DNA of 63,983 nucleotides, the filler included, from Stramenopiles sp. TOSAG23-3 (taxonomy: Eukaryota): the NCBI GenBank assembly GCA_900128585.1. It is 7 parts of 7 records of this genome, joined end to end, with 100 filler letters (N's around TTAATTAATTAA, not from the genome) between each part and the next. Parts side by side here need not be neighbours in the genome. Positions count along the whole stretch, not along the records: positions 14,583 to 29,062 come from LT642565.1; positions 29,163 to 43,618 come from LT642566.1; 5 more parts are not named here. One strand, 5' to 3'. The notes beneath the pieces are model-generated. The model was not told the DNA's origin. It worked only from the letters and a program-made list of their open reading frames with translations, and searched no databases. The translations under genes were made by a program, and so were the position numbers. Positions 20,701-30,495 of this stretch are shown piece after piece (position 1 is the stretch's first letter; each line of letters opens with the position of its first letter).

Positions 20701-20813
20701 AGTTCCTGGAAGCGATTGCCGCGATTTCAATATTCAAAGACCCAGACCCATACATCCCGTTGAAGCAAAAGATAGAAAGCTTTTTGCTGTCTGACATTTT
20801 GGTGAAAGTGTAA
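17715..20813 (+). CDS. Coiled-coil protein with calponin-homology domain and EF-hand-like C-terminus
   Basis: 1032 aa; heptad region; LLLRWCNFHL..VENFGSDMEDSE (fimbrin-type CH); GTIDLAEF, ELDASEF, GAMDSKEF, ELTYPEF. Confidence 0.75.
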   Translation: MDSGERLGSNDGTFSHSEIVVPLTRYSSSSEGYESLQGLGTERGGESSASRESPSVLGVGFDSRSTFRTVNSPSSAGQSRGYRSGGDYHPQDFHLNELTTPRYPENEHDPLWLASKHVESWMESFENEQAQSGSLVAYLHKKLQEALRSSDKLGNPNEFRTAVCCHLLDVICRTFGRYSDLIDQLKMEVYASIYIDKDELFKQLGMIDQPTARTFIQFQPYFRKVERLLVKKEQLEDEVAKATRQRNRMKEELNKKQKVLDATAQRWQKTLVEQCFRTWLKTLRARKQQREMLYKYFVSKDKSRLALAIREWRLFVHTRKRQRANEDLTDARDKVMTMENERAALERDRDVANEKIADLKEELEKARTELAELDDDAVRVQRELSESKEDELVAAARAWAEMCDTACMAQMKALRHKLDALDEDPFYADVTLLANAPIVLDKHGTEKRIATIPPHPIPSEIEDLEQKGVDWKNDRQATVVNMPVDILLLRWCNFHLKREKYPKIVENFGSDMEDSEELAVILAACSRALTSPCRDQPLSKKLQNFDIEARAEEIVQRVAKLGAPSLIESDDIVFKESDSILSLIAYLFCNYPELQPDPKPWVIASDALDRAIAAWLKLKEQWMQAPVPPAPLPGKKASDLKKITPVDESDIKKVGQQVMAACTAAKNAIARHDRATLLYERVRLRVRNFGWEAMNKRAEGTPITILDRRDYRERQAFTSLRVDQNSKRANKTGSMWARFKLEADPVGEIKSIETLLNEYFDDLKRIYRHYSSSKPGSSGTIDLAEFGMLMHDIKLSSRIFKSSVLENIFRLTNKTSASSKKFDAELDASEFIEALLRVASMKFFKTSYANVADDVPANALTYTQLFRKFMEENVIPFACRSDAERFRKDLRSDVVKVVFRKHRGALQKIFQRYSKGDGAMDSKEFLKFVRDRQLINNSLSETELFQVFAKVQDDEGAFHSSVGALGLDEHGHDDGIKGFKLSSKLGKLDVELTYPEFLEAIAAISIFKDPDPYIPLKQKIESFLLSDILVKV

Positions 20814-21014
20814 ATGGTGACGCGAAATCATAAGATATGTTAAAACCCATAAACTTATTTAAGTCTTCCTGATCCCAGGATAATAAACAAAACAATTGGC
20901 TATAGGATATTAACTTAATTTTATCCGAAACGTATTATTACGAACGGTTAAGCATTTTTGTTTTTTTTTGAAACTTCAAAGTTTTCGTGCAATACTCGTA
21001 CGAATTATATTTTT

Positions 21015-22454
21015 TTATTTTTTTGGTGTGGCATTGGCAGGCTCCAACAACTTCGATTTTTTTAATGGTCGTGCCATTTCTACAGCACATTTACCCTCGT
21101 TTCTACACCGACCCTGTATCACAAAATTTCGACCACTCCATTCTTTCGGAAACCGATACAGACGAACACTCCAATTGCTACCTAAGTAAGCCTTGACGCG
21201 CAGACTATTTATAATGCGCGTTGCACAATACTGTGCGCCGTCTACTAACTCGTTTGTCTCGGCTATGCGCGACAGAAACAAGTAATCTTCCCTTGAACAA
21301 ACCTCCTTCGGTCGCAACTGCGGAAACGATGCAAAGCAGCAGGTGCACAGACAAAATGTGAGTTTAAAAGTCCCACAGACCTCCAAAATTGCATCCGAGA
21401 GCCCTCCACACGCGTGGAGGCTTACGAGCAGAGGCCTCCGCCCGTCCTGCCGCTCAACGCCGTACTGAGGATTGCCCAACTTGCGCGCCAGAGCTTCCAA
21501 GGGCTCGCACTTAAATGTTATGTTTGAAAACCCTAAATCCGTCGCCCGGGTCCTTCCTTGGTCACAGCTTGGACGGTTAGGTTCGTACACGAGGACTTGG
21601 TGGCCTGGAAAGGTTTTTGCTAAGGCGATGCCAAGGTCACCGCGGCCTCCTCCGACGTCAATGATAGTTTGACCGCTTTGAACGACTTCTTGGACAAGTT
21701 TTATCATCGTTTTCACCTGCGGGCGCTTCTTTTTCTCTGCATAATGGTGGCGCCCACCGCCCTGCCCCACGGAGATCTTTCCGCCGCTTACTATGTTGGC
21801 GAGCGGATCCGCATCCCCCAAAGCGACAGTGCCGGCGTTCATACGAAGCCACGCACTGTCCAGGACGATTTCGTTCAAACCGCGGCAATCCGTTTTCAAT
21901 CGTTCTAATCTTGCTAATTCTTGCGAAGCTAATTTCGGCTTTCGTATCCGTCCGCGGCACTCTTTGCCCGTGGAGACCAAGCGGGCGGTTTTCGAACAGA
22001 AGGCCTTTCGTTGCTGTTTGCTGGTGCCAGGGGAGAGCACCTGTTGGAACTCGGGGGTGGTCAGCCCCACGAGGGAAGCGGCAACACCTATATTTACAGT
22101 ATTACTATTTACATCTTCCAGGAGCTTCCAAACGAGCGAGGGGGAGACCCCACAGGTGAACCTGACAGCTTTGGACTCGGTTATGAACAAAGACATGGTT
22201 CCGCTTTTCGCTTTTCTGTAGTTGCCCCGGAACGTGTGCTCCGTGCAGGGCTTCAGGTACCTCATCGATTCCTTGTACGTCCCATCGCTGCCCATCTCTT
22301 GCCTGCATACAATTGCCTGTATTTGACCCAAGCCGTCTATTTTTGATTTCTCATTACCCTCTAGCCGTACCGTGACGAAACACAAGTGTTTTCCATGCTT
22401 TCGAATTTTTAACACAGTCCCAACGACATGGATTTCCCGAGAGGAGTTAAACAT
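21015..22454 (-). CDS. OB-fold + SAM-dependent methyltransferase (Methyltransf_32-like)
   Basis: HVVGTVLKIRKHGKHLCFVTV...IQAIV (aaRS anticodon-type OB); IIDVGGGRGDL, VSLHACGGLSD, CTCCF; first ATG at 22454. Confidence 0.78.
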   Translation of the reverse strand: MFNSSREIHVVGTVLKIRKHGKHLCFVTVRLEGNEKSKIDGLGQIQAIVCRQEMGSDGTYKESMRYLKPCTEHTFRGNYRKAKSGTMSLFITESKAVRFTCGVSPSLVWKLLEDVNSNTVNIGVAASLVGLTTPEFQQVLSPGTSKQQRKAFCSKTARLVSTGKECRGRIRKPKLASQELARLERLKTDCRGLNEIVLDSAWLRMNAGTVALGDADPLANIVSGGKISVGQGGGRHHYAEKKKRPQVKTMIKLVQEVVQSGQTIIDVGGGRGDLGIALAKTFPGHQVLVYEPNRPSCDQGRTRATDLGFSNITFKCEPLEALARKLGNPQYGVERQDGRRPLLVSLHACGGLSDAILEVCGTFKLTFCLCTCCFASFPQLRPKEVCSREDYLFLSRIAETNELVDGAQYCATRIINSLRVKAYLGSNWSVRLYRFPKEWSGRNFVIQGRCRNEGKCAVEMARPLKKSKLLEPANATPKK

Positions 22455-22843
22455 GGACGCAAGGAAGGTGGCGGTTGGTTGCAGGTTACCTAAAGACCAC
22501 ACACACAAGGGTCGCACTCTATCGCCATGAGAATGATGTCTAAGAGGAAATCGAAACTTTTCCCCTGTGAAGAGTTGTAAATTTCAAAATCGTTCGTCGT
22601 CAAAGTGGTGGCGTGGCGTGCACGGCGTCGTGGTAAAAAAACAGAAGAAAAATTAATAGAGAGAAGAAGAAGAAGAGAGAGGAGGTAGGAGGAGGAAAAA
22701 AAGAATATAAAATAATAATATAAATAAAAAATAATATAATAATAATATATATTTAGTTCAGCTCTTTCTTCTTCGAGATCAAATAATAATACCAGTAGTA
22801 TATATTAATAAATGGAAGAAATACTTTCCTTGATTGAATGGTC

Positions 22844-23452
22844 TCATTGGCCTGCCTTTGCACTAATCATATTGTCCAGTCTTACAACATCCTCACCGAA
22901 ATTAATAACGAAGACAGTTTTACATTTTTGGGTCCCATCCTCCAAAGCGACTGGAACGGCACGCACCTCGGTGGCGGGGAAACCGGAAGCTTCCAAGACC
23001 CCGTCTATGATGCCAGCCATAAAAGCGGCACAATCTAACGATCCCATTTCCTCCGGGACAGAGATGAACCTATTGACGAGGGGGTCGTTATCGTGAATCA
23101 TATACTCGTTAGCCCGCTCCACACTCTTCTGCAGATTGTCTGCCGGTTTGCCAAAAAGACTCTTCCACACAATGTCCTTTATAAAGGACAACATTCCAAC
23201 TATCCCTCGGGAGCTTTCTTGCGACTGCCACCACGGAGACACCCCCGGCCGTTGCCTAAACGCGGTGTACTCCAACGCCCGGTATCCTACCTGTTTTCCA
23301 GCCTCCGACAGCTTGTCTGTCAAGTCGCCCACCCTGTTAACCCGTCCATGATAGTAATGAACAAGTTCCCGAAATAAGAGCGCAAACGCACTCAAACTAA
23401 CTGGCGGGTATGGTTTCTGAAGGGACCCTTTCGACGAAGCAAACGAAGACAT
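22844..23452 (-). CDS. TRAPPC5: TRAPP complex subunit Trs31
   Basis: VSLSAFALLF.E, WKSLFGKPADNLQKS, FISVP...LDCAAFMAGIIDGVL. Confidence 0.93.
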   Translation of the reverse strand: MSSFASSKGSLQKPYPPVSLSAFALLFRELVHYYHGRVNRVGDLTDKLSEAGKQVGYRALEYTAFRQRPGVSPWWQSQESSRGIVGMLSFIKDIVWKSLFGKPADNLQKSVERANEYMIHDNDPLVNRFISVPEEMGSLDCAAFMAGIIDGVLEASGFPATEVRAVPVALEDGTQKCKTVFVINFGEDVVRLDNMISAKAGQ

Positions 23453-23987
23453 GCTTGGTCTCTATTTATAATCCGGAGGAGAGACAGAAGATTATATGTC
23501 GCAAAAAATATGAAATAATTTATATTTCACACACACTCTCACACTTTCTTTCTCTCTCTCTTAATGTGTATTTTTACCCTAGGTTCGTTTTCTTTGTATG
23601 TAATTTGATAGATGGTGATATTATTATCAGTTTTTTAGGCCCTCTCATTCACACATAATAACAATCAATCAATCATCCACGGAATAATTACTCCTCCTCC
23701 TCCTCTCCTGTTGTTTTTTTTTCTTTCTTTTCTTCTATTCCACCACCACCATGTTTCCGGTGTTAACGTATTGTATAACTACACAACTATCCTATCAAAA
23801 TATGACCCTTCTGACCTCGTATTTCTTTCTGACTTTGCCTAATTACAAATAGACACAGCGTCATTCACAATGCTGTGTCAATACGAAATCTTTGCATCTG
23901 GTTCCAATTGGTATCTAATACCTGGTATAATAATGATGGGGGATAAAGAGAGATAATATGGAATTATTGGATTTTTTTCGAGGTGTG

Positions 23988-24160
23988 TGTTGTTGTTGTT
24001 ATTATTAGGCCATCCTCATCATCCTTCTTCTCAGTTTTCTTCAACTTTTGACGGGTTTTTACTTTTTCTTCTGTTGTTGTTGTTATTATATTAGGCCATC
24101 CTCATCCTTCTCAGTTTTTTTTCTTCAACTTTTTTGACGGGTTTTTACTTTTTCTTCTGT
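23988..24160. repeat. Imperfect tandem duplication of an ~85-nt unit
   Basis: gttgttgttattat..taggccatcctcatc..tcagtttt..cttcaactttt..gacgggtttttactttttcttctgt occurs twice in tandem. Confidence 0.85.
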
Positions 24161-24373
24161 CCCCCCCTATATTACCTTGGTATAATTTATTAAAAATTCG
24201 GTCCTCCTCCTCCGTCCGGATAATATCTTATTAGATAATATGATATGGTAACGGATCGCTTGAAAGAAAAGTCGAAATACAACAACCAGAAGCCAGAAAA
24301 GTAGAAGAAATGACAGGAGAAATGATTACGTAACGTGTTACATATCTGTACGTGTCTGCAGCCTGGTGGGAAA

Positions 24374-25009
24374 ATGAGCGTTCGGAAGTATACTGGTGTT
24401 CGATTCGAAACGGCCCAAGCAGCAAGAGTGTTGTTCGAAGCGTTTGAAGAGGACCCCTTGATGCTGGCGACGTTCGGCAACGATGTGTGGAAGGGAGACG
24501 GGGAGACTTTGATTACGTGGATTATATGGGTTTATTTTTGTGATGACATGATCGATATAATTGTTGAGAACGACGGCACGGACGACTCAAACATTGTCAG
24601 CGTAGCACTGTGGGAAGGGACCCACATTTCGCTGTCTTCGCTTTATCGCATTCTTATCTACTTGTTTTGGTTAATGTACAGGTACGGATTTTCCTACACG
24701 TGGCGCTTGATAATTTTTTTTGTTAGTATGCTCATGAAGAAGGAACAAGTGGCTCCAAAGGCATATCATTTAAGCATGATTGGAACGGCGTCCAAGATGC
24801 AAGGAAAAGGCATTGGGTCAAAAATCTTAAGGCACGGCGTTTCTAGAGTAAGCGACTTGGGTCTAAAATGTTATCTTGAATCGTCAAACCCAAAGAATGT
24901 CCCATTTTACTTGCGCAATGGCTTCCGCATCGTCGAAGAATATTACCCGCTCGAGAACGATAAAGAAACGGAGGGGAAAGGCCCTGTCGTAACCCTGATG
25001 ATGAATTAA
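24374..25009 (+). CDS. GNAT family acetyltransferase
   Basis: AFEEDP, VALW, YHLSMIGT..MQGKGIGSKIL, CYLESSNPKNVPFYLRNGF. Confidence 0.9.
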   Translation: MSVRKYTGVRFETAQAARVLFEAFEEDPLMLATFGNDVWKGDGETLITWIIWVYFCDDMIDIIVENDGTDDSNIVSVALWEGTHISLSSLYRILIYLFWLMYRYGFSYTWRLIIFFVSMLMKKEQVAPKAYHLSMIGTASKMQGKGIGSKILRHGVSRVSDLGLKCYLESSNPKNVPFYLRNGFRIVEEYYPLENDKETEGKGPVVTLMMN

Positions 25010-25139
25010 GCAGGGTGAAAGCGAGAAAGAAAGAAAGTGGTTTGAACGATGTGTTTTGTTTAATTGTGTGAATTGTTACTGTCATACCGGTGGTTCAGTT
25101 GTACTACAGTTTCTTACAGGTACGACCAAGATATGACCA

Positions 25140-25400
25140 CCCTTTAATTACAAGAAAATTGGCTGTTATTTAAGTAATTAATTTAATTCTTAAATTGATT
25201 CTGTAATTTTGATTCGTTGTTGGTTGTCAATCACCGAGGGGATGATATAATTTCCAATGAACAATTTGATTCCATTTGTCCGTTAACGGCCCAGTCCTTG
25301 TACCATATTCCAAGCAGCGGCTTAATTGTCCACCCTTTAATAGAAAAAAAAAAAATTTAAAACACAAGAAAATTGGCTGTTATTTAAGTAAATTAAATAT
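25140..25400 (-). repeat. Copies of dispersed repeat family
   Basis: caagaaaattggctgttatttaagtaa twice (25151, 25365); ccaagcagcggcttaa at about 25310 matches 33788-33803 inverted. Confidence 0.8.
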
Positions 25401-25569
25401 TTATATAGTTTAAGATAATCCGCATTTTAGAAAAAAAGATATAATTTGTTTTTTTATATAATTTTAATCAGATATTCGCACTTCTCTTTTATTTTAAAAT
25501 CTAGGATACGCGTAAGTTTACGAATTATTTGTTTCCTATAAGATACGAGTAATTTTAGATAAATTATCT

Positions 25570-27798
25570 TTAGCTCACATGTTGAAGTTGCTTCGCCTTC
25601 GAAATTAATGTGTTATAATAGTCCAGCAGGTCGTTATCACCATTTTGACTTAAAGCCACGGCCTTCTCACTATCGTCTGGATTCAAATTTTTACGATTTA
25701 CGTCTTGGTCTTGTGCGATCGGAGTGTCAACACTTGCAACCAGTTCTTTATCTGTATATCCTTTGGTTCTTTCGCTTACTCTCTTTGCGGTTGTCGTTCT
25801 TTCTTGGTGCAAACTTCGTGAAGTTTGACTATTAAGATTTAGAGAGAAACTTTGTTTAACACGTTTAATAATTGCTGTTACATTCATAACAAAAACTGTT
25901 GAATTTTCATCAGTATTTGACTTCAGCACTAGTGACCATTCACGCAATTTCGGGATCAAGTTTGCCACAGAAAAGTATTTATGACACGTGTAGTCACGAC
26001 TCATTTTTTCCAAAAGCATGCTTAATGCTTGTACAACTTCAATATTTGGCATGTTTAAGATTGCATCGTGCACTAATTTCCCCGGCAAAGTAGTGAACAA
26101 GTGCGCACACTGGCGAAAAAAAGATTCACAGCCACATTGATGCTTTAATAATTTTAGGTGTGCTCCATCTTGAACAATTGTTAACAAAATACTGACAGCG
26201 ATTCTTATAAGTCTACGGTGACCCTTGATCTTGAATGTTTGGCTATTTAAAATTGGCATTAAAATGCTCATACCGTCCTTATTCGCGAATTCAAAACGAC
26301 CCAAATCTGTTTTGACACATTCTAAAAGAGCTTCAAGTGCTGCACCAATATACTCTACTCGGCGTGTTAACTTCAGTACTAGACATGATGCAACAGAAGC
26401 GAGTTTAATATCATTTGATAACAGGGGGCTGGTGGCAAATACCACAATAGAAGGATTGTTCAAAAACTGAAAACTTTCTTGGTGTTCTAGTCTGGCAGTG
26501 GGATTTAATCCATGGGGTTTCTTGGGCGTTTTGTTCGCATAGTAGGTGTTCGAAAGGCCTAATATGGCCTGCACCAAATGTTGGCATCCTGGTACGCTGG
26601 ATAACGTTGAGACGTGTGAGATGCCGTCATCGTGCGTTTCGCAAGACTTCCAGCAGTATTCCAGCAGTGGCATCTGTATGCTAGAAGACTGAGGTCTTAG
26701 CATATCTAGCGTAGCTGCAATACCAGGAAAAACTTTTATACTACAAGCAGCTGAATTTGACGGAATGTTCTCCATTAAAGTGCATATCAGTTGAAGCATG
26801 GAGGCTTGTCGATTTGTTGCAGCGATATGCTTATTATGATTCCCACTACCAAATCTCACCACCATCTTAGGCTGTTCTGCTGCTGAAGTTTCACCTGCGT
26901 CATTGCCAGTTTTCAGTTTGGGTTTCTCCATCCGCAATTTGTCCCTGGTGGAATTGTTTAAGGACTTGGAGTTAATATGTTTGTTATTTTCAGGGGTTTG
27001 TTGAACGCTTTCTTTTTCTTCTCTCCATTTTAAGATTCTATTTTTTTTCTCGAGTTTTTGAATACGCTCACTAGCGTTGGCCAGCTTGGACAACAAACGT
27101 TTGTTTGCTTGCTCTAGTTTCTCTCTCGCAGATTCAACCTGCTTTTTTTCATTTAAAACAGTAACGTTTTGCTGCTGTAGTGAAAGAAGTTTTTTTTCAG
27201 TTTTTTTCATTCGCCGCAAAGTCTTGGCAAGTTTTTTCATCAATTCTTCAGACATTTCTTGAACATTACATTCAATAGTATGGGATATCTTTGCAGCTTC
27301 ATCTGTTAACAGAACTTCGGCACGATACAAATCTTTTGATAGTTTTGTCTCGTTGAAATCTACTTTCCGTTGCCTTTGCTTGATCAATTGAGCAGTTCTC
27401 GCCAATTCATGGTAAAAATTGAGTGCGTTAGGGAAACTTGGCTGCTGTAGTGGAATGTTCACAAGAATATCATTAAAGCCGGAGAGATCACTAACACCAT
27501 CAATCTCAGGGCCATCGTAATTTTCGGGAACTTCAGGCGGTTTTGTGTTTCTTTCTTTACTTTCTTGGCCCCGTTTTGACTCAGTCAAGAACCTAAACTG
27601 GGTATCGTCCAGTTTGTACCAACCTTCGTCACCATCCTCATATGTAATCATATGCATACATTTGCGAGAATCGAATTTTACAATTTCCCCACGATACCAA
27701 CTTACTACTTTGGGGTCCCCGCTGGAAAGTGTAACATTTTCAGAGCCTCTTTCCCATAAAACTTCAACTTTCCTTCCAACAATTTCCGTTCCGTACAT
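25570..27798 (-). CDS. Tudor-like N-terminus, coiled coil and helical C-terminal domain; function unknown
   Basis: IVGRKVEVLW..WYRGEIVKFD..HMITYEDGD; heptad K/E-rich segment; ORF over 740 aa. Confidence 0.72.
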   Translation of the reverse strand: MYGTEIVGRKVEVLWERGSENVTLSSGDPKVVSWYRGEIVKFDSRKCMHMITYEDGDEGWYKLDDTQFRFLTESKRGQESKERNTKPPEVPENYDGPEIDGVSDLSGFNDILVNIPLQQPSFPNALNFYHELARTAQLIKQRQRKVDFNETKLSKDLYRAEVLLTDEAAKISHTIECNVQEMSEELMKKLAKTLRRMKKTEKKLLSLQQQNVTVLNEKKQVESAREKLEQANKRLLSKLANASERIQKLEKKNRILKWREEKESVQQTPENNKHINSKSLNNSTRDKLRMEKPKLKTGNDAGETSAAEQPKMVVRFGSGNHNKHIAATNRQASMLQLICTLMENIPSNSAACSIKVFPGIAATLDMLRPQSSSIQMPLLEYCWKSCETHDDGISHVSTLSSVPGCQHLVQAILGLSNTYYANKTPKKPHGLNPTARLEHQESFQFLNNPSIVVFATSPLLSNDIKLASVASCLVLKLTRRVEYIGAALEALLECVKTDLGRFEFANKDGMSILMPILNSQTFKIKGHRRLIRIAVSILLTIVQDGAHLKLLKHQCGCESFFRQCAHLFTTLPGKLVHDAILNMPNIEVVQALSMLLEKMSRDYTCHKYFSVANLIPKLREWSLVLKSNTDENSTVFVMNVTAIIKRVKQSFSLNLNSQTSRSLHQERTTTAKRVSERTKGYTDKELVASVDTPIAQDQDVNRKNLNPDDSEKAVALSQNGDNDLLDYYNTLISKAKQLQHVS

Positions 27799-29062
27799 TT
27801 CAGACACGCAATCTTTATCTCAACTCAACGAGGGCAGGCGACAACTCTCTGGTACTACGCTTTGAGGTGGGGGTTCCTATATATTTACTCAGTAGGAGTA
27901 GTTCTGTTAACGTTGTGGTGTGTGTCTGTGTGTGGCTAGTTTACTGCTCTTAAGAATCTTATTCTCACGTTGACGCATTGCTAAGTATCGTCTTTTGTCA
28001 CGGAAATAAAATCTAGAATTTAACCAGACGACTAATTTGATTTACAATCTCTTCTCCTCCTACCTCCTCCTCCTCTTCTCTTCTTCTTCTCTACACTACT
28101 AATAATAATAATATTAATAAATCGTATAACAACTCAACAATCCACGGTATTTTAATATTAATATTAATAAATACCATTGTGTATTGTGTATATATATATA
28201 AAAAAAATTTACACTAATAAAATAATCCATCCACTGAGCAGCAGCAGCAGACAGCAGACAGCAGATCGATCTATTTTCTCGATGATCGATCAATCAAGAA
28301 GAAATTTGAAAGTCCGTCGTTGTTGTGTTGCCATTAAATTATTTATATTTATATACTGTAGGAGGTATTAATATCTAGGAGTAACAGAGTAACAACAGGG
28401 AAAAAATTCACACTAAAGATTAGCTAATTTAAATATTTATCATCCTTTCATATCACATAACATACCGGTACAGTAAAAAGACCACGTTTTCTATTCTCTT
28501 TATTCGCAATTCTTTTATTTTCAATAATAATATAGGAACATATTATATGATTTCAATTCTCAGTCCAGTAATTTAATTCCGCAAGGAATGGAGGTGAGTT
28601 GTTCAATTTTTTTATTAAATTATTATTAAAATTGAGAATCTCAAATTCCATTTTGTTTTAAAGTGTTTTTATATTGTATTTTTATATATATACCCCATCC
28701 ATATCATTTATTAAAAGCAATCCCCGAGAGAAGAAAAAAAAGAAGAACGGAGAGTACGGCCGATAAAAATAATAATAATAAAAAAATAATAATAATAAGA
28801 AGTAGAAAAAACGTGAGATCCACCACATGCAATCCCACCCATACAATCCCAACGGTTTCCATACTTCTTTGGTCGTATTTACTTCGTTTTAATATTATTT
28901 CGCGCACTCCAATTGCATTGTAATTGCATTGTGAACGTCAATTCTGAACATCAATCATCTAATTTGTTTGTTTATATAGAACATATAGTACTACTTATCT
29001 CAGTTCTCGACATAGTATGTGTGCCCTTTTCACTTCTGTAGAGAAAATTATGCGGTTGGCGC

Positions 29063-29162
29063 NNNNNNNNNNNNNNNNNNNNNNNNNNNNNNNNNNNNNN
29101 NNNNNNTTAATTAATTAANNNNNNNNNNNNNNNNNNNNNNNNNNNNNNNNNNNNNNNNNNNN
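29063..29162. other. Artificial contig linker
   Basis: N-TTAATTAATTAA-N, 100 nt. Confidence 0.98.
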
Positions 29163-29163
29163 C

Positions 29164-29952
29164 AAGAAAAAAGGCGCGGAAGTTCTGAAGGGAGAGGTTG
29201 CGAATGTGCGCAATGCATACGAAGAGAAGACGAACGCGCACAGGGTAGACCGCGTCCTTTTGAAAGATGGGCGCACTCTGGCTTGTGACATGTTTTTGGT
29301 CGCCTTGGGGCCATGGTCTGTGCTTGCAGAAGACTGGTTTGCGGATACCTCATCCCTGTCCGTGCCAATGGAAGGCATAAAGAGCAGCTCGATCGTTCTG
29401 AACCACCCGCCAGGGTCGATGCAGAAGCCGTTTGCTTTGTTTTGTGGGGAAGATGATCGCTTCAACACACACTTAGAAATTTATCCCAGGCCGGATGGGA
29501 GTATATACATGTGCGGGTTAGGGGGCAGTGAGCATTGTCCGAAAAATCGAATTATTGAACTTACCCCTGAAATGGTAGTTCCCGATGCCAAAAGGGTAAA
29601 AGCTGCCGTTCGCTGTTTCCAAACGTACTCCACTTCCCTTGGGAAAGGTGCGCCAGACCTTACTGCAGCATGCATGCGACCGGCCGTGTCCGATGGGTAT
29701 CCAATGATGGGAAGGATTCCGAACTACAGCAATGCATTTATTGGTTGTGGGCACAACTGCTGGGGGATCCTCTGGGGGCCCATTTCTGGGTTGGCGCTGT
29801 CTGAGTTGATAATTGACGGGAAATCAACAACTGTAGCTTTAAAACACTTTGACCCTGGGCGTTTCAAACGAAAAGATAGTAATAATAGAACGAAAACAAA
29901 AAAACGAGGCCGGAAGGATCAAAATGGAAACGAGGTGGGTGAACAATGGTGA
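29164..29952 (+). CDS. FAD-dependent oxidoreductase, DAO family (Tda3-like), 5'-truncated
   Basis: LVALGPWS, EIYPRPDG, ACMRP..DGYPMMG, GHNCWGILWGPISG. Confidence 0.88.
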   Translation, partial: KKKGAEVLKGEVANVRNAYEEKTNAHRVDRVLLKDGRTLACDMFLVALGPWSVLAEDWFADTSSLSVPMEGIKSSSIVLNHPPGSMQKPFALFCGEDDRFNTHLEIYPRPDGSIYMCGLGGSEHCPKNRIIELTPEMVVPDAKRVKAAVRCFQTYSTSLGKGAPDLTAACMRPAVSDGYPMMGRIPNYSNAFIGCGHNCWGILWGPISGLALSELIIDGKSTTVALKHFDPGRFKRKDSNNRTKTKKRGRKDQNGNEVGEQW

Positions 29953-30495
29953 GCACGAAAGAAGATTTATGTATATATATATAGGGTATTAATATTTACA
30001 ATACATATATTGACAAATAAATACCATAATACGATGAGGACAGACGACATGGGAAAAACTGTGAATTGGAAAGAGAAAGTGGGGGGGGGATCGATCGGCT
30101 TGCTTGTTGATTCTATTTGCAGCATAGACAAGACAGCTTTACTAGTTTATTAAAATTATTATATTTATATTTAAACTGTATTATAATTGTATATTATATA
30201 AATGTATAAAAGCTTATTATATGATGGTATAAGAAGTAAGCTGATGGGATGGATGAAAAACAAGGGCGGCCTCCTCTTATTATTGTATTACATAATTTAA
30301 ATAGTCGTCTAATAATAACACCGGTAGGGCGATTCGATGCCTGAACGAATATGACCGATCTGTCCCCACGCCAAGAAAAAGTGTTCACAGAAAGAAAGGG
30401 GTTGGTGTGCGAGCAGTAATTTCAAAACTGGGCGAGTTTATTGCATTGTTGTGTTGCAACCTTTTCTTACCACAACGATAACGGTTCGAAGAATT

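Noticed and set aside
24330-24361. Possible 32-nt GT-AG intron upstream of the GNAT gene
   Set aside because: Splicing it does not join any upstream ATG in frame; unsupported without transcripts.
29050-29062. ATG before the linker as start of the DAO-family gene
   Set aside because: Different contig; no evidence of continuity.
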